DNA of 63,541 nucleotides, the filler included, from Octopus bimaculoides (taxonomy: Eukaryota): NCBI RefSeq assembly GCF_001194135.2. It is 6 parts of 6 records of this genome, joined end to end, with 100 filler letters (N's around TTAATTAATTAA, not from the genome) between each part and the next. Parts side by side here need not be neighbours in the genome. Positions count along the whole stretch, not along the records: positions 30,113 to 46,486 come from NC_068982.1; positions 46,587 to 55,178 come from NC_068988.1; 4 more parts are not named here. One strand, 5' to 3'. The translations under genes were made by a program, and so were the position numbers. Of the stretch, positions 36,920 to 48,325 are shown piece by piece (positions within the stretch are counted from its first letter, which is position 1; each line of letters starts with the position of its first letter). A model generated the notes under the pieces. That model saw only the letters and a program-made list of their open reading frames with translations. It had not been told where the DNA came from and did no database searches.

Positions 36920-38120
36920 TTCGATATTTAGCATTATTGTGGATGTCAGAGAAGCAAAAAGAAGTCAAAGAAAGCTGCTGATCTGCTGTATATTATCGTA
37001 GGATATTAAATAAGAAGACTTTGGCTGTTGGCTGGATAAATTACAGGAAGGCTTACGAAAATGTTCCACGCTGCTAGCTTTTGGAGTGCCCGAGAACGCT
37101 TGGAGTCAGTGAGAAGATAAGCAGCTTTTGGGGGGAAAAGTAATGAGCGCGTGTGAAGTAGAAGTGGCATGCGCGAATGGATCGTTAGGAAATGTAAAAA
37201 TACGCAAGGGAATTTTCCAGGTAAACTCGCTTCGTCTTTGCGTTAATTTTCGTGACAAGTATACTGAGAATATCCAGAGGTGACTCTGAGTTTTCCAAAA
37301 CAAATGTGAGAATAAATCAACTGGTTTACAGGATGACTTTAAACTACTTACAAAAACTAAAAGTCTTGAGTTCTCTTATCCAAACAGTAAGATTATTCAG
37401 CAAGGATTTTGGAATGAGTAAATAAGTTCACAGTGCTGACTATGAAGAGAGATCGGAAGATAAACTCTGATGGCATAAATTTACCACAAGATCGCTGTGG
37501 ATTAACGAGGGATATATTTACCTCGGTATGCTGCAAGACAATAGGATAATGGAAAAAGAAATGAGAGAGGATTTTTCTACAAAGAAAGAATTACGAAGGT
37601 CCGTGAAACAAAAGTAAATGGAGAGAATGTCGTTAAAACAGTCAATGTGTCGGTTATGCCAGTATTGAGACCTTCTGCTCCTTTTCTGAAATGGACAAAG
37701 GTCGAGCTGCAGAATTTGGATAAAATAACTGCGAAGCCGATTACAATGCACGACACGCTCCACACTAAAAGTTATACTGACAGACTCTACCTGCCAAGAA
37801 AGGAAGGTGGCAAAGCTTTAATAAACGCCGTTAGTACCGCGATATTAGGGTTGAAAAATTATGTCATGCAGGGAGAAGAAAGAATACCATCGACAGTCAG
37901 AGGTGCGCTCCCAAATTACTGAATCAACAGATTTCAAGAACAGAAGGAAGAACAACAGCGCAACAAGTTGAAAAGAAATGAAATTACATGGTCAGTTCAT
38001 GCAACAAATTGATGATGTTGAAAGCAATGAAAGCTGACTCTGGCTGACGGACGAAAACCTTAAACGAGAGGCCGAAGCGCTAATTATAACCGCTCAGGAA
38101 CAAGCCATTAGAACAAATCT
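36920..38120 (+). pseudogene. Second, older R4/Dong-like RT fragment
   Basis: Broken frames with WI.YRKAY..VP, NVKIRKGIFQ..SL, DD.KL-like, TDRLYLPRKEGG and AQEQAIRTN. Confidence 0.8.
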
Positions 38121-38846
38121 AAACTACGCCTTTAAAAAATATTCTGGCAAAAATCGGAAAGAAATTTAACAAGATCCCAAAGAAACTTTTATTTGTTGTA
38201 TGTTGTTACGCCAAAAGAGATATACATAAAATGCAAATTAATAGTAATTATTAATTAGAATTTTTCGGAAGCTGGTTATATACTTACCGATCATTTTTTG
38301 TTCTATAAGCTCTGTTATAAGACACAGTCCTATCTGTGTGGCAAGAACTTTGTTTCTCAGCTATATGTTTCTGGATTTAACACCAGGTGTGACCCCAACT
38401 ATAGCCCTGTGTGTACTTGTGTGTGTGTGGAGGGGGGTATTTAGAACCTGAATGGGTGCCATTGAAAACAGAACTTCGGTTTTGAACAAGACAAGAAATT
38501 TTATCTCACCTCCCCTATCTTTCACTCTCCCACTATACACACACACATACATGCGCACGCATGTGTATATGTATACAATTCCCCACAAAACAAAAATACA
38601 TACAAATACAGTCACATACATATATACAAAAACCTCAACCAAACCACTATCAAAAATAAGTGAACTCTTAACCTTTAACCATTGTTGCCAAAATACTGAA
38701 TACTGAATTCTTTTACACATACACATCCATTTAGCCTTTTGCTTTTATCATTTTTTAAATTCTTTGCTTTCTTTAATAGATACATACATGCGTATATAAA
38801 ATACACTCTACTGAAAAAATAAAGTGTCCCCAAAATTAAACATATA

Positions 38847-38950
<104 letters not shown>

Positions 38951-39299
38951 CATATATACATATAAACATATACATAAAATACACTCTATTGAAATAAAAT
39001 AAGTTTCCCCAAAATTAAGCATATAGAAACTTAAACACACAAATATATGCACACATATATACATACAATTCACCTACATACATACTCTTAGAGACACACA
39101 GACATTTTACCCAAACATCCCCATAGACACTCCTAAAGATTCACATACAAACATACATATTGACCCTTCGACTAAAAATACAATAAATTTCTTCAAGCAG
39201 TTTTGGATGAATGGGTTTATCTTTTGGTATCTTGTGTAGAAAATGTAGAAAGTATGTTTTTTTTATTTTTGAAAGACCGTGTAGATTATTTTAAAAGAC

Positions 39300-39437
39300 T
39301 TTAAGGAGACCACCTTTATTAAATGTCGCTGTATAGAATGTGGTCTCTTGTGTGCGGGGACCCCTTTGCCGCGGGGCTCACTTCGGCATGGGGCGCGATT
39401 GGGAGCAATCGGGCAAATCGGCTTAAGGCCGGTCCTG
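39300..39437 (-). mobile_element. Terminal fragment of a hAT-like element
   Basis: Minus strand begins CAGGACCGGCCTTAAGCCGATTTGCCCGATTGCTCCCAATCG, resembling CAGGGCCGGC-type hAT termini; GC-rich island. Confidence 0.5.
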
Positions 39438-40690
39438 GTGCGAGGGGTATTGGACGTCAGTTTTGGTATACAATAAAACAACTATATTTCAGCATAAATA
39501 GATACGCATTTGAATAAAGATTTGTGCAATTAATCTTGATAATAATTTTTTTAAAGCAAATTATTCTATGAAACCGCCTCCGACTTCGATAACTGCTTCA
39601 ATGCAAGACCGAAACCGCTAGCATGCTGACACTATATGGTCCTTATTTATTTTGGACATTACTTGGACAATGGAGGCTTTCTGTGAAGCTATGGTATCAT
39701 GAGGATGACGATTAGTCTCCCTTTCAACAGCGCTCCACACGTAGTAGTCCATGGAGTTCAAACCTGGCGAGTTTGAAGGCTACATATTGGGTGTTACATA
39801 ATCGTAATGATTGTCTGACAACCTTTCTAAGATGACTAGGGCTTTGTGAGAAGGTGCTGGGTCTTGTTGAAGCATGTATGGTCTTCCATTGCATACTTCA
39901 TCAATTTATGGCTTGATAACACTTTCCAGTACCTCAATGTATCCAGCAGCATTAATTCTAAGACCCTATGGAAAAAAGTGGGGAGGCATCACATGATCTT
40001 CGCTACTCACCATTCCTAAAACCATCTCAGTTGCTGGAAATTTCGTGTGCATCACACTGGGTGCTTCAGAAGGATCTGCACATAACCACCTGTCATTTCT
40101 TCTATTAGACTTTGAATCCGGTCAAAGTTTTTCGTCAGAGAAAAACCAAAGCATGCTTTGTTCGTGAGGGTTTTTCCCTTTGTTAAGTAACCGTTTTGAA
40201 CAGATGAGCCGGTTTGTTTGTCTGTGTCTTTGCAGACACGAATTGGCCTTTCCTCATTACATAGGACTTGTATCGGATACCATGATGTACCACAGTTCTG
40301 ACAGTCCATTCTGACACCCGAAGTTCTTTAGCAATGGACATCATTGATCTTCTGGGCTTTGATATTTTGAACATGTGGTATAAATTCCGGTGTCCTTTTA
40401 GTGTCTGAGAGTTGTGAATGTTGTTTTCTCTTTGATACAGGTGAGACATCACTATCACATACCTCCAATTCCTACCGAACTTTCTGTACAAATGATCTTG
40501 TAACATTTAGAAAGTTGCTAATTTCCAAATCAATGTGGTTTGTATGAATAGTAACTATGACTGCATATATTTTCATTTCTTGAGTTAGCATGATATCTTG
40601 AAAGGGACATCTGAAAAAAAATGATGCATTAAATAATTTGAAGGTGTCATGAACTAAAAAAAAATGTTCTCAAATACCCCTCGCACCCTG
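39438..40690 (-). mobile_element. maT-like (DD37D) mariner-superfamily transposon, near full length, transposase pseudogene at 39561-40591
   Basis: TIRs CTCAAATACCCCTCGCACCCTG|TA (40669-40692) and truncated GTGCGAGGGGTATTGGA (39438-39454). Frames: RSMMSIAKELRVSEWTVR (HTH), NDRWL, QQDPAPSHKA, SPGLNSMDYYVWS, EAVIEVGGGFIE-stop; several stops and frameshifts. Confidence 0.88.
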
Positions 40691-40779
40691 TAGAAAGTAA
40701 ATTAAAGCTATAATTATCACTAAATATAGATATGCATGTACATACACATACATATATAGACGTATTTGTGTGTGTGTGA

Positions 40780-40810
<31 letters not shown>

Positions 40811-41027
40811 TGTGTGTGTGTGTGTCTGTGTGCGCGAGTTTATTAAAGTTTTCCAGCGATTTCGATATTTCGCCTTGATCACCTAAGGTAACTCAGACAC
40901 ATGGACTAGAACATGTGTATGTATGTGTGTGTGTGTCGTGCGCACACGCACACACACGTTTTAACACCCTAGTAATATTTAGTAAGAGTTATAGTTTTCC
41001 TTTTGATAAAACATTGTGTTTTATATA

Positions 41028-41244
41028 CAGGGTTGGCTAAAAGTCACCTGACAGTAAATCAAAACCATTCAATTCCAAGATTCCTTTATGTTCAACAATT
41101 GAATGAATTTAATAAAAGCAGCTAAATATGAAACATCATGAAAATTTTTCAAACTAAAGTCTTTCGACACATTTTTCTAGTCAATACAGAATTACAGTAT
41201 TCAGGAATTTTGATTTACTGTAGGGTGACTTTTGGACAACCCTG
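41028..41244. mobile_element. 217-bp Tc1/mariner-type MITE with TA target duplication
   Basis: 37-bp TIRs CAGGGTTGGCTAAAAGTCACCTGACAGTAAATCAAAA and TTTTGATTTACTGTAGGGTGACTTTTGGACAACCCTG with about 4 mismatches; TA on both sides. Confidence 0.9.
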
Positions 41245-41339
41245 TATATCCAGACACATATACATGTGTGTGTGTCTATACATGTAAGTGTATATATATG
41301 CCCTCGTGGGCATCGGTACCATTTTCCTCTTTCTCCGTT

Positions 41340-41480
41340 CTTCCATTCTCCGAACTTTCCATCTTTCCGACGAAGGGCTACGCCCGAAACGTCATACACT
41401 CTCTCTTTCCTTTCCTGAGCGTCCAATAATACTATCCATATCACGTCCTCACTTTGTTGTGTTTTTGTGCTTTTTTGTTA
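41340..41480 (+). mobile_element. Penelope-like terminal fragment with a degenerate hammerhead ribozyme core
   Basis: CCGACGA-A-GGGC-TAC-GCCC-GAAA-CGT (41367-41392) and a candidate GCGTC cleavage site (41419-41423). Confidence 0.5.
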
Positions 41481-42484
41481 TTGTTTTTTTGAACTATATA
41501 TATATATTATTGTAAGACTCATTCTTCTCATTCTTCTTATTTTTCAAACATCCAAAATGACGAAACCCCTCTGTCACTAGAACTGATAACTGTACAATGT
41601 CCCTTGAAAAGCTAAGCTAATTTAAATAGCGAAAACCGGTTGGATTTCACGACATTCATATAATGTGTATATATATTTATAAAAAGATATTAAACTATAT
41701 GAAACGAAGGCATTTTTCTTCCACTTTTCATATTTTTTTCCACATATATCTGTATATACAGACACATATNNNNNNNNNNNNNNNNNNNNNNNNNNNNNNN
41801 NNNNNNNNNNNNNNNNNNNNNNNNNNNNNNNNNNNNNNNNNNNNNNNNNNNNNNNNNNNNNNNNNNNNNNNNNNNNNNNNNNNNNNNNNNNNNNNNNNNN
41901 NNNNNNNNNNNNNNNNNNNNNNNNNNNNNNNNNNNNNNNNNNNNNNNNNNNNNNNNNNNNNNNNNNNNNNNNNNNNNNNNNNNNNNNNNNNNNNNNNNNN
42001 NNNNNNNNNNNNNNNNNNNNNNNNNNNNNNNNNNNNNNNNNNNNNNNNNNNNNNNNNNNNNNNNNNNNNNNNNNNNNNNNNNNNNNNNNNNNNNNNNNNN
42101 NNNNNNNNNNNNNNNNNNNNNNNNNNNNNNNNNNNNNNNNNNNNNNNNNNNNNNNNNNNNNNNNNNNNNNNNNNNNNNNNNNNNNNNNNNNNNNNNNNNN
42201 NNNNNNNNNNNNNNNNNNNNNNNNNNNNNNNNNNNNNNNNNNNNNNNNNNNNNNNNNNNNNNNNNNNNNNNNNNNNNNNNNNNNNNNNNNNNNNNNNNNN
42301 NNNNNNNNNNNNNNNNNNNNNNNNNNNNNNNNNNNNNNNNNNNNNNNNNNNNNNNNNAGACAGAAACAGAGAAATAGAGAAAGATTAAGGTAAGAGAGTA
42401 AACCTGACTGACTATATATATATGTATATATATACATACTTGTGTGTGTATGTGTATGTCTCTGCGTGTGTGTGCGCGCGCGTG

Positions 42485-42525
<41 letters not shown>

Positions 42526-43084
42526 CAAAAACGGGTTAACGGTTCACTACACCTGTTTCAAACACATTTCTAATTGCCTAATGATTCGATCATGAAAAGC
42601 TGTTTTCTTCAGGTGATTAATATTTGATTCGGAGAAAAAAATACCACAAGATGTGGAGTGGCTCTCAGTTCGACACCATTGATAAGAGTGAAGACACACT
42701 CAGGGTTAGCTAGATTTAACCGGCTATGATGTCAGGGGTCAACGGGCCATAAAACAATCACCGGACACTGTCACAGCGAATTGATTTCTTTAACAGGGAC
42801 TAGAAAGGTAACTAGAGATAAATAAATAGAAGAAAGACAGGGAGAAAAAACAGGGAGGAGAAGGAAGAGAGGATGGAATAAGGTGTAAACTGTGTAGTAT
42901 TGTCAAAGTGGATGTCTGGTGACAGTACTACTCACACTACTACTCCAGAATCCATTATAATGTGTTTGTACATGATAACACATCCCAACATACAGTCAAA
43001 CGAGCCACACTTGCATGCATTTATACTCATGCCGCTATACTACTATTATACAATATACAAACATGGAAACTGTCAGAATGATGT

Positions 43085-43170
43085 GGGCGCCTCTGATGAG
43101 AACCCGATAAGGTTCGAAAACCGATTAAGATTGTTCATCAATTTTTCAGTCTGCGGTGAAATGGCTAAAA
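43085..43170 (+). ncRNA. Hammerhead-ribozyme-like core, probably an inactivated Penelope-like remnant
   Basis: CTGATGA (43093-43099), GAACC/GGTTC stem with a 6-nt loop, GAAA (43116-43119), CCG...CGGT stem III; the cleavage position reads G. Confidence 0.5.
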
Positions 43171-43194
43171 TTTACCCTGTTTCTATATCAACAG

Positions 43195-43770
43195 AACGTG
43201 GTAGTCCTATATAGGACGAATGTTACTGTTGTTATAGCCCCAGGAAAACATCTTTTCTAGCTGACTGTCGTCACACAGTCTGTATCTTTACAGCATTTGC
43301 AAGGAAGGTCATCGCTCCCATCTCTAGCGTTACGTGATACTCACAAACCTAGGTTTCTTGATGTTATCCGTCCTCAGAGTGAGTTAGCCACAAACTAGTG
43401 AAGAAAACTCTCTTCCCTTACAAATACAATATGTTTTTTAATCGACACACAGTCGCTGATCTCGTATAGAGAAAAACAACTTGTTTTAAATCTCTGAGCG
43501 AGAGATATACAGTAGAACGTGGCAGTCCAATATAGTACGATGTTACTGTTGTTCTAGCCCCAGGAAAACATCTTTTCCAGCTGGCTGTGGGAGCGATGCT
43601 ACATACGGACACAAACTGTGCGTCGATAGTCAGCTGGAAACGATGTTTTCCTGGGGCTATAGCAACACTAACATCGTCCTATATAGGACTATCACATTCT
43701 GTTGGCATATAAACATTACTATCCGGTACTGTTACTGTAGAACTCTCACTCAGAGATCTAAAACAAGTTG
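43195..43770. repeat. Family C repeat: about 1.2 tandem units (minus) plus an inverted arm forming a ~290-bp hairpin
   Basis: AACGTGG.AGTCC recurs at 43195 and 43516; 43477-43588 pairs with 43626-43770 apart from one indel. Confidence 0.85.
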
Positions 43771-43774
43771 CACG

Positions 43775-43870
43775 CGTGTGTGTGTGTGTGTCTTTACATG
43801 TGTGTGTGTGTGTGTCTTTACATGTGTGTGTGTGTGTGTGTCTTTACATGTGTGTGTGCCTTTACATGCG
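43775..43870. repeat. Minisatellite (GT)nCTTTACAT, 4 units
   Basis: Read directly. Confidence 0.9.
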
Positions 43871-45244
43871 TGTGTGTGCGTGTGCGTATGTATGTGTAAG
43901 TTCCCACAAGAAAAGAATTCGGCAATATATATATATATATATATATATATAAGAATACAAAAAATGGGACAAGAACGCGACAAGCGACAACAAAACATCC
44001 AGACAGTTGGATGATACAAAAAGGGACATGAAAAAACAAGGACGAGTCGTTCGGAGTTTTCTTTCCTCAATCGAGTTCCAGATTATCTTTGTAGTTTCGG
44101 CTGGTTATACTCGAGACTGCTCCAATCTNNNNNNNNNNNNNNNNNNNNNNNNNNNNNNNNNNNNNNNNNNNNNNNNNNNNNNNNNNNNNNNNNNNNNNNN
44201 NNNNNNNNNNNNNNNNNNNNNNNNNNNNNNNNNNNNNNNNNNNNNNNNNNNNNNNNNNNNNNNNNNNNNNNNNNNNNNNNNNNNNNNNNNNNNNNNNNNN
44301 NNNNNNNNNNNNNNNNNNNNNNNNNNNNNNNNNNNNNNNNNNNNNNNNNNNNNNNNNNNNNNNNNNNNNNNNNNNNNNNNNNNNNNNNNNNNNNNNNNNN
44401 NNNNNNNNNNNNNNNNNNNNNNNNNNNNNNNNNNNNNNNNNNNNNNNNNNNNNNNNNNNNNNNNNNNNNNNNNNNNNNNNNNNNNNNNNNNNNNNNNNNN
44501 NNNNNNNNNNNNNNNNNNNNNNNNNNNNNNNNNNNNNNNNNNNNNNNNNNNNNNNNNNNNNNNNNNNNNNNNNNNNNNNNNNNNNNNNNNNNNNNNNNNN
44601 NNNNNNNNNNNNNNNNNNNNNNNNNNNNNNNNNNNNNNNNNNNNNNNNNNNNNNNNNNCACACACGCGCACACACACACACACACACACACAACGCACAC
44701 ACACACAGCACATACGCACACATATATGATTGTTTGTATGATTGGTCGTACTCGACGCGCGACAATTAAATCACATAAATTTCCGCTCTACTGTCGAACA
44801 CGTTATATTCCCACCGTCGTTTGTATATATAGGGTGTCCGAATCTGATGATGGGCTATGATGTAATATAAGGAGCACAACAATAACAAGAGAATAGAACA
44901 TAGGTATAAGTTGGTAATCCATAACTCTATTTGTTATGAATCTGTCAGTATTCGGACGTCACACTACAGATGCTACCAGTAAGTGCAATTTATAGGGCCA
45001 GCATGGCGCAAACAATTCGTAAGAAATCGATAATGAAATACTTTTCCGGTTGGCTGACAATATGCTTTCTCCGTGCACTAACTGTTTCTCCTGGCGAAAG
45101 TACAACTTCAGTATAACTAGGACCGCATCCCAAAGACTAACCTTCTTCCGTAGCTACTGACATCTTTCGAGCTAAATTAAGTTTTCACTTCTGAAAGTTA
45201 ACTTCGTAAATTTTTTTCTTCATAACAGTTGGTACGACTAAGCA

Positions 45245-45600
45245 TAGACATGTCATTGTGATTAAGAAATTCGCTTTGCAACCACATGGTTTCTGGTTCG
45301 TTTCTATTGCGCTTCTGCTATAGATTTGGACTGATAAATGCCGTGTGAGTGAATTTCTTAGAAAGAAACTGTATGGAAGCCTGATGTATATGTGTGCTTG
45401 CGTCTGTGTTTGTGCACACTTCACTACTTGACAACTGGTGATGTTTTGTCTACGTTTCAGTTCGGTAAAAGAGATTGGTAGAATAAGAACCAACCTTAAA
45501 AATAATTACTGGGGTCGATCTTTTCAACAAAAACGCAGGTCAAGGTGGTGCCCCAGCATGACCGCAGTCCAAAGACAGAAATAAGTGATAAATAAAATAG
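45245..45600 (+). mobile_element. SINE family A, old full-length copy
   Basis: CAACCACATGG...AGAAACTG...CTGGGGTCGATC...GGTGCCCCAGCATGACCGCAGTCC. Confidence 0.8.
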
Positions 45601-45963
45601 GAAAGTTCATACACATTTTCCATCGCCTTACCCCAAACGAACACTTTTTAAATTTCATTTCAAAAAAAGGGTTTGCAAACGCCATGTTACACATCACCGT
45701 CTAAAATAGAAATACGATCGTGTGGGTGTGGGGGGGGGGGGCTACATGAGTATGCCTGTGTGTGGGGGGGATACGTGAGTATGCCTATGTGTGTGTGTGT
45801 GTGTGTGGATGGGTGTACGTGAGTGTGAGTGTATGTATGTTTATCAGTCGGTATACGTGTGTGTATATGTGTGTCTATGTATGTGTATGTTGGGTATACG
45901 TGAATGTGATTGTATGCATGTATGTGTATGTTGGGTATACGTGAATATGATTGTATGCATGTA

Positions 45964-46000
<37 letters not shown>

Positions 46001-46302
46001 AAAAGAGGGTGTGTGGGGAGAGAGAGAGAGAGAGAAATCTCCCACAAGAAAAGAATTTGGCAATAAAAGAGAAATTAACAGAAATTGAAGGCAAAAAATT
46101 TGGTAGAGAACTAGAAAGATGGCTGTTTAGATGGAAGCAGGGACGGAAAAGATGGCGAGAATACAAGGAAGTTCCTAAGCGTAGAAGCGAACGAGTGAAA
46201 CGAAAATGAAGTTATGGTAAGAGCTCTCAGGCCGCCATCATGGCTGTCTCTGGAATCACGAGAGTTTGAAGCTAGGGTCGGTGCGGTGCGTTGAAGTGGT
46301 TT

Positions 46303-46367
<65 letters not shown>

Positions 46368-47098
46368 ATGGCTGTAGGTGGTGGTGGATTATCAATGGCG
46401 ATGGTTAGTCGAGTTTTGTTGTAGTAGGGTCGGTGGGGGAGGTAGTGGTTAGTGGCTGTTGTAGAGGCGTAGTCATGACGATGATGNNNNNNNNNNNNNN
46501 NNNNNNNNNNNNNNNNNNNNNNNNNNNNNNTTAATTAATTAANNNNNNNNNNNNNNNNNNNNNNNNNNNNNNNNNNNNNNNNNNNNAGCGCTCTTCAGTT
46601 TTTCAGCGGATGCCCTGATAGAAGAGCTGAACACAAATACACAATAGATTTTTTTTTAATTTTTTTTTGTAATACTACAATTCCTTATAATTAGGCGCCA
46701 CATTGTCTTTCATTGAGTTCATATGCCGTAGATTAGTGGTAAATTCCAGAAAACCTAATCAGCGACGACTTAGCAAATATAGGTTGCATAATATCAGTCA
46801 GCTTGCTAACTGAGGTCGTTTACAACTAACATGTGCAATGTTGGAACATATTCCATTGAATATAATACAAGCAAAACTTCAACCTCGATTTATGTCGTCT
46901 AACCACATTTCAGCTGTCTTATCTTAAGAGCGGATTCAACCCTTCTTTACAGTACAGAAAAACTGGCCCTCATTTTCTTGAATTATTCTTTTAAAATTAT
47001 TTTATTGTATTTCAAAGACATTGCAGACTGATGATATTAATGAATCGCTATGTGTGCATATGGCTGTGTTGCATTTTAAGTGCATAAAAGAATTTAAT

Positions 47099-47345
47099 GT
47101 GGGCGTGTAGCCTAGGGGTTCGGATGTTGCGCTCACGATCGAGAGATCGTGGTTTCGACTACCGGACCGGGCGATGCGTTGTCTTCTTGAGCAAAATATT
47201 TCATTCCATGATGCTCTGCAATTACTTTGACATCTGACATATGACACACCGAGTACCTAACAGGCAATTTTGAATTGATGGGGGATTGAACGAATGTTCA
47301 ACACAAACATTTGATCACTATAAACAAACAACCTGTATAGGTTAT
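47099..47345 (+). mobile_element. SINE family D-related copy (same head, different body)
   Basis: GGCGTGTAGCCTAGGGGTT...GTTGCGCTCA...GTGGTTTCGACTACC...CTTGAGCAAAA. Confidence 0.65.
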
Positions 47346-47863
47346 TCAGTAATAAATTGCTTAAACATCATCTGTCGTTTACGACAGAAGAGTACACAAG
47401 ATGGAAATTAATTTATAGGAATGTCTATCGATTTTTGGACGCTTATGTATCTAAGTGCATCCTTCAGTTCGTCTTAGTTATCATGGCTTAAACATAAAAG
47501 CAAAAACCGATGGTGACGGAATAACAGAGACGTTGGAGCGTCGGAAAAACTACCTGGCAACAATCGTTCGGTTGTCCGGAGTTTCTGGGTAAGGCTGAGG
47601 TCAAATATGACTCTAGGGTGTTTGGATTCCATAAATAAACTAAGATAAAGTACCAGTCATGAACTGAGGTTAATTCTCTTTCTTTCCTTCTATTTATGCC
47701 TTGCTTTCTTTCGCTCTTTCTCTTCTTGGAAGACATCAAACTATGGTTACGTATGGTGAAGAATGACATCGTGTGTCTCTCAAAGACATCTGAAAGGCTC
47801 CATCAGGTGTTAAAACTCCAAGACACGAAGACAACCATAGTAATGTACGCGCACGCACATTCA

Positions 47864-47908
<45 letters not shown>

Positions 47909-48247
47909 AACGAGACTGAGGAAAAAAATTCTTTATGTTTGCTCGTACAAGTATAACAACAACAACAACGACGACAATAACAACAGCAACTACAGCAACA
48001 ACAACAACTTAATGATTCCCCTTGGGATGGATTCAGCTATATCTGCTAAATAGAATGAATATTGGGATCGTCTTCTGAATAGCTTATAGCAATGACAGTA
48101 AAGTAAACGTTAACTGTATTCTTAATTAAATCACTTGGGGATATAGCTGATGTTTCCAACATAACTATGTGAGCGACTGCGCATGCGCATGTGCATGTGT
48201 ATTTACATAGATATCTACATGCATATGTGTGTGTATGCGCGTGCGTA

Positions 48248-48325
<78 letters not shown>

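Noticed and set aside
44846-44870. CTGATGA suggesting another hammerhead core
   Set aside because: No stem II or GAAA follows.
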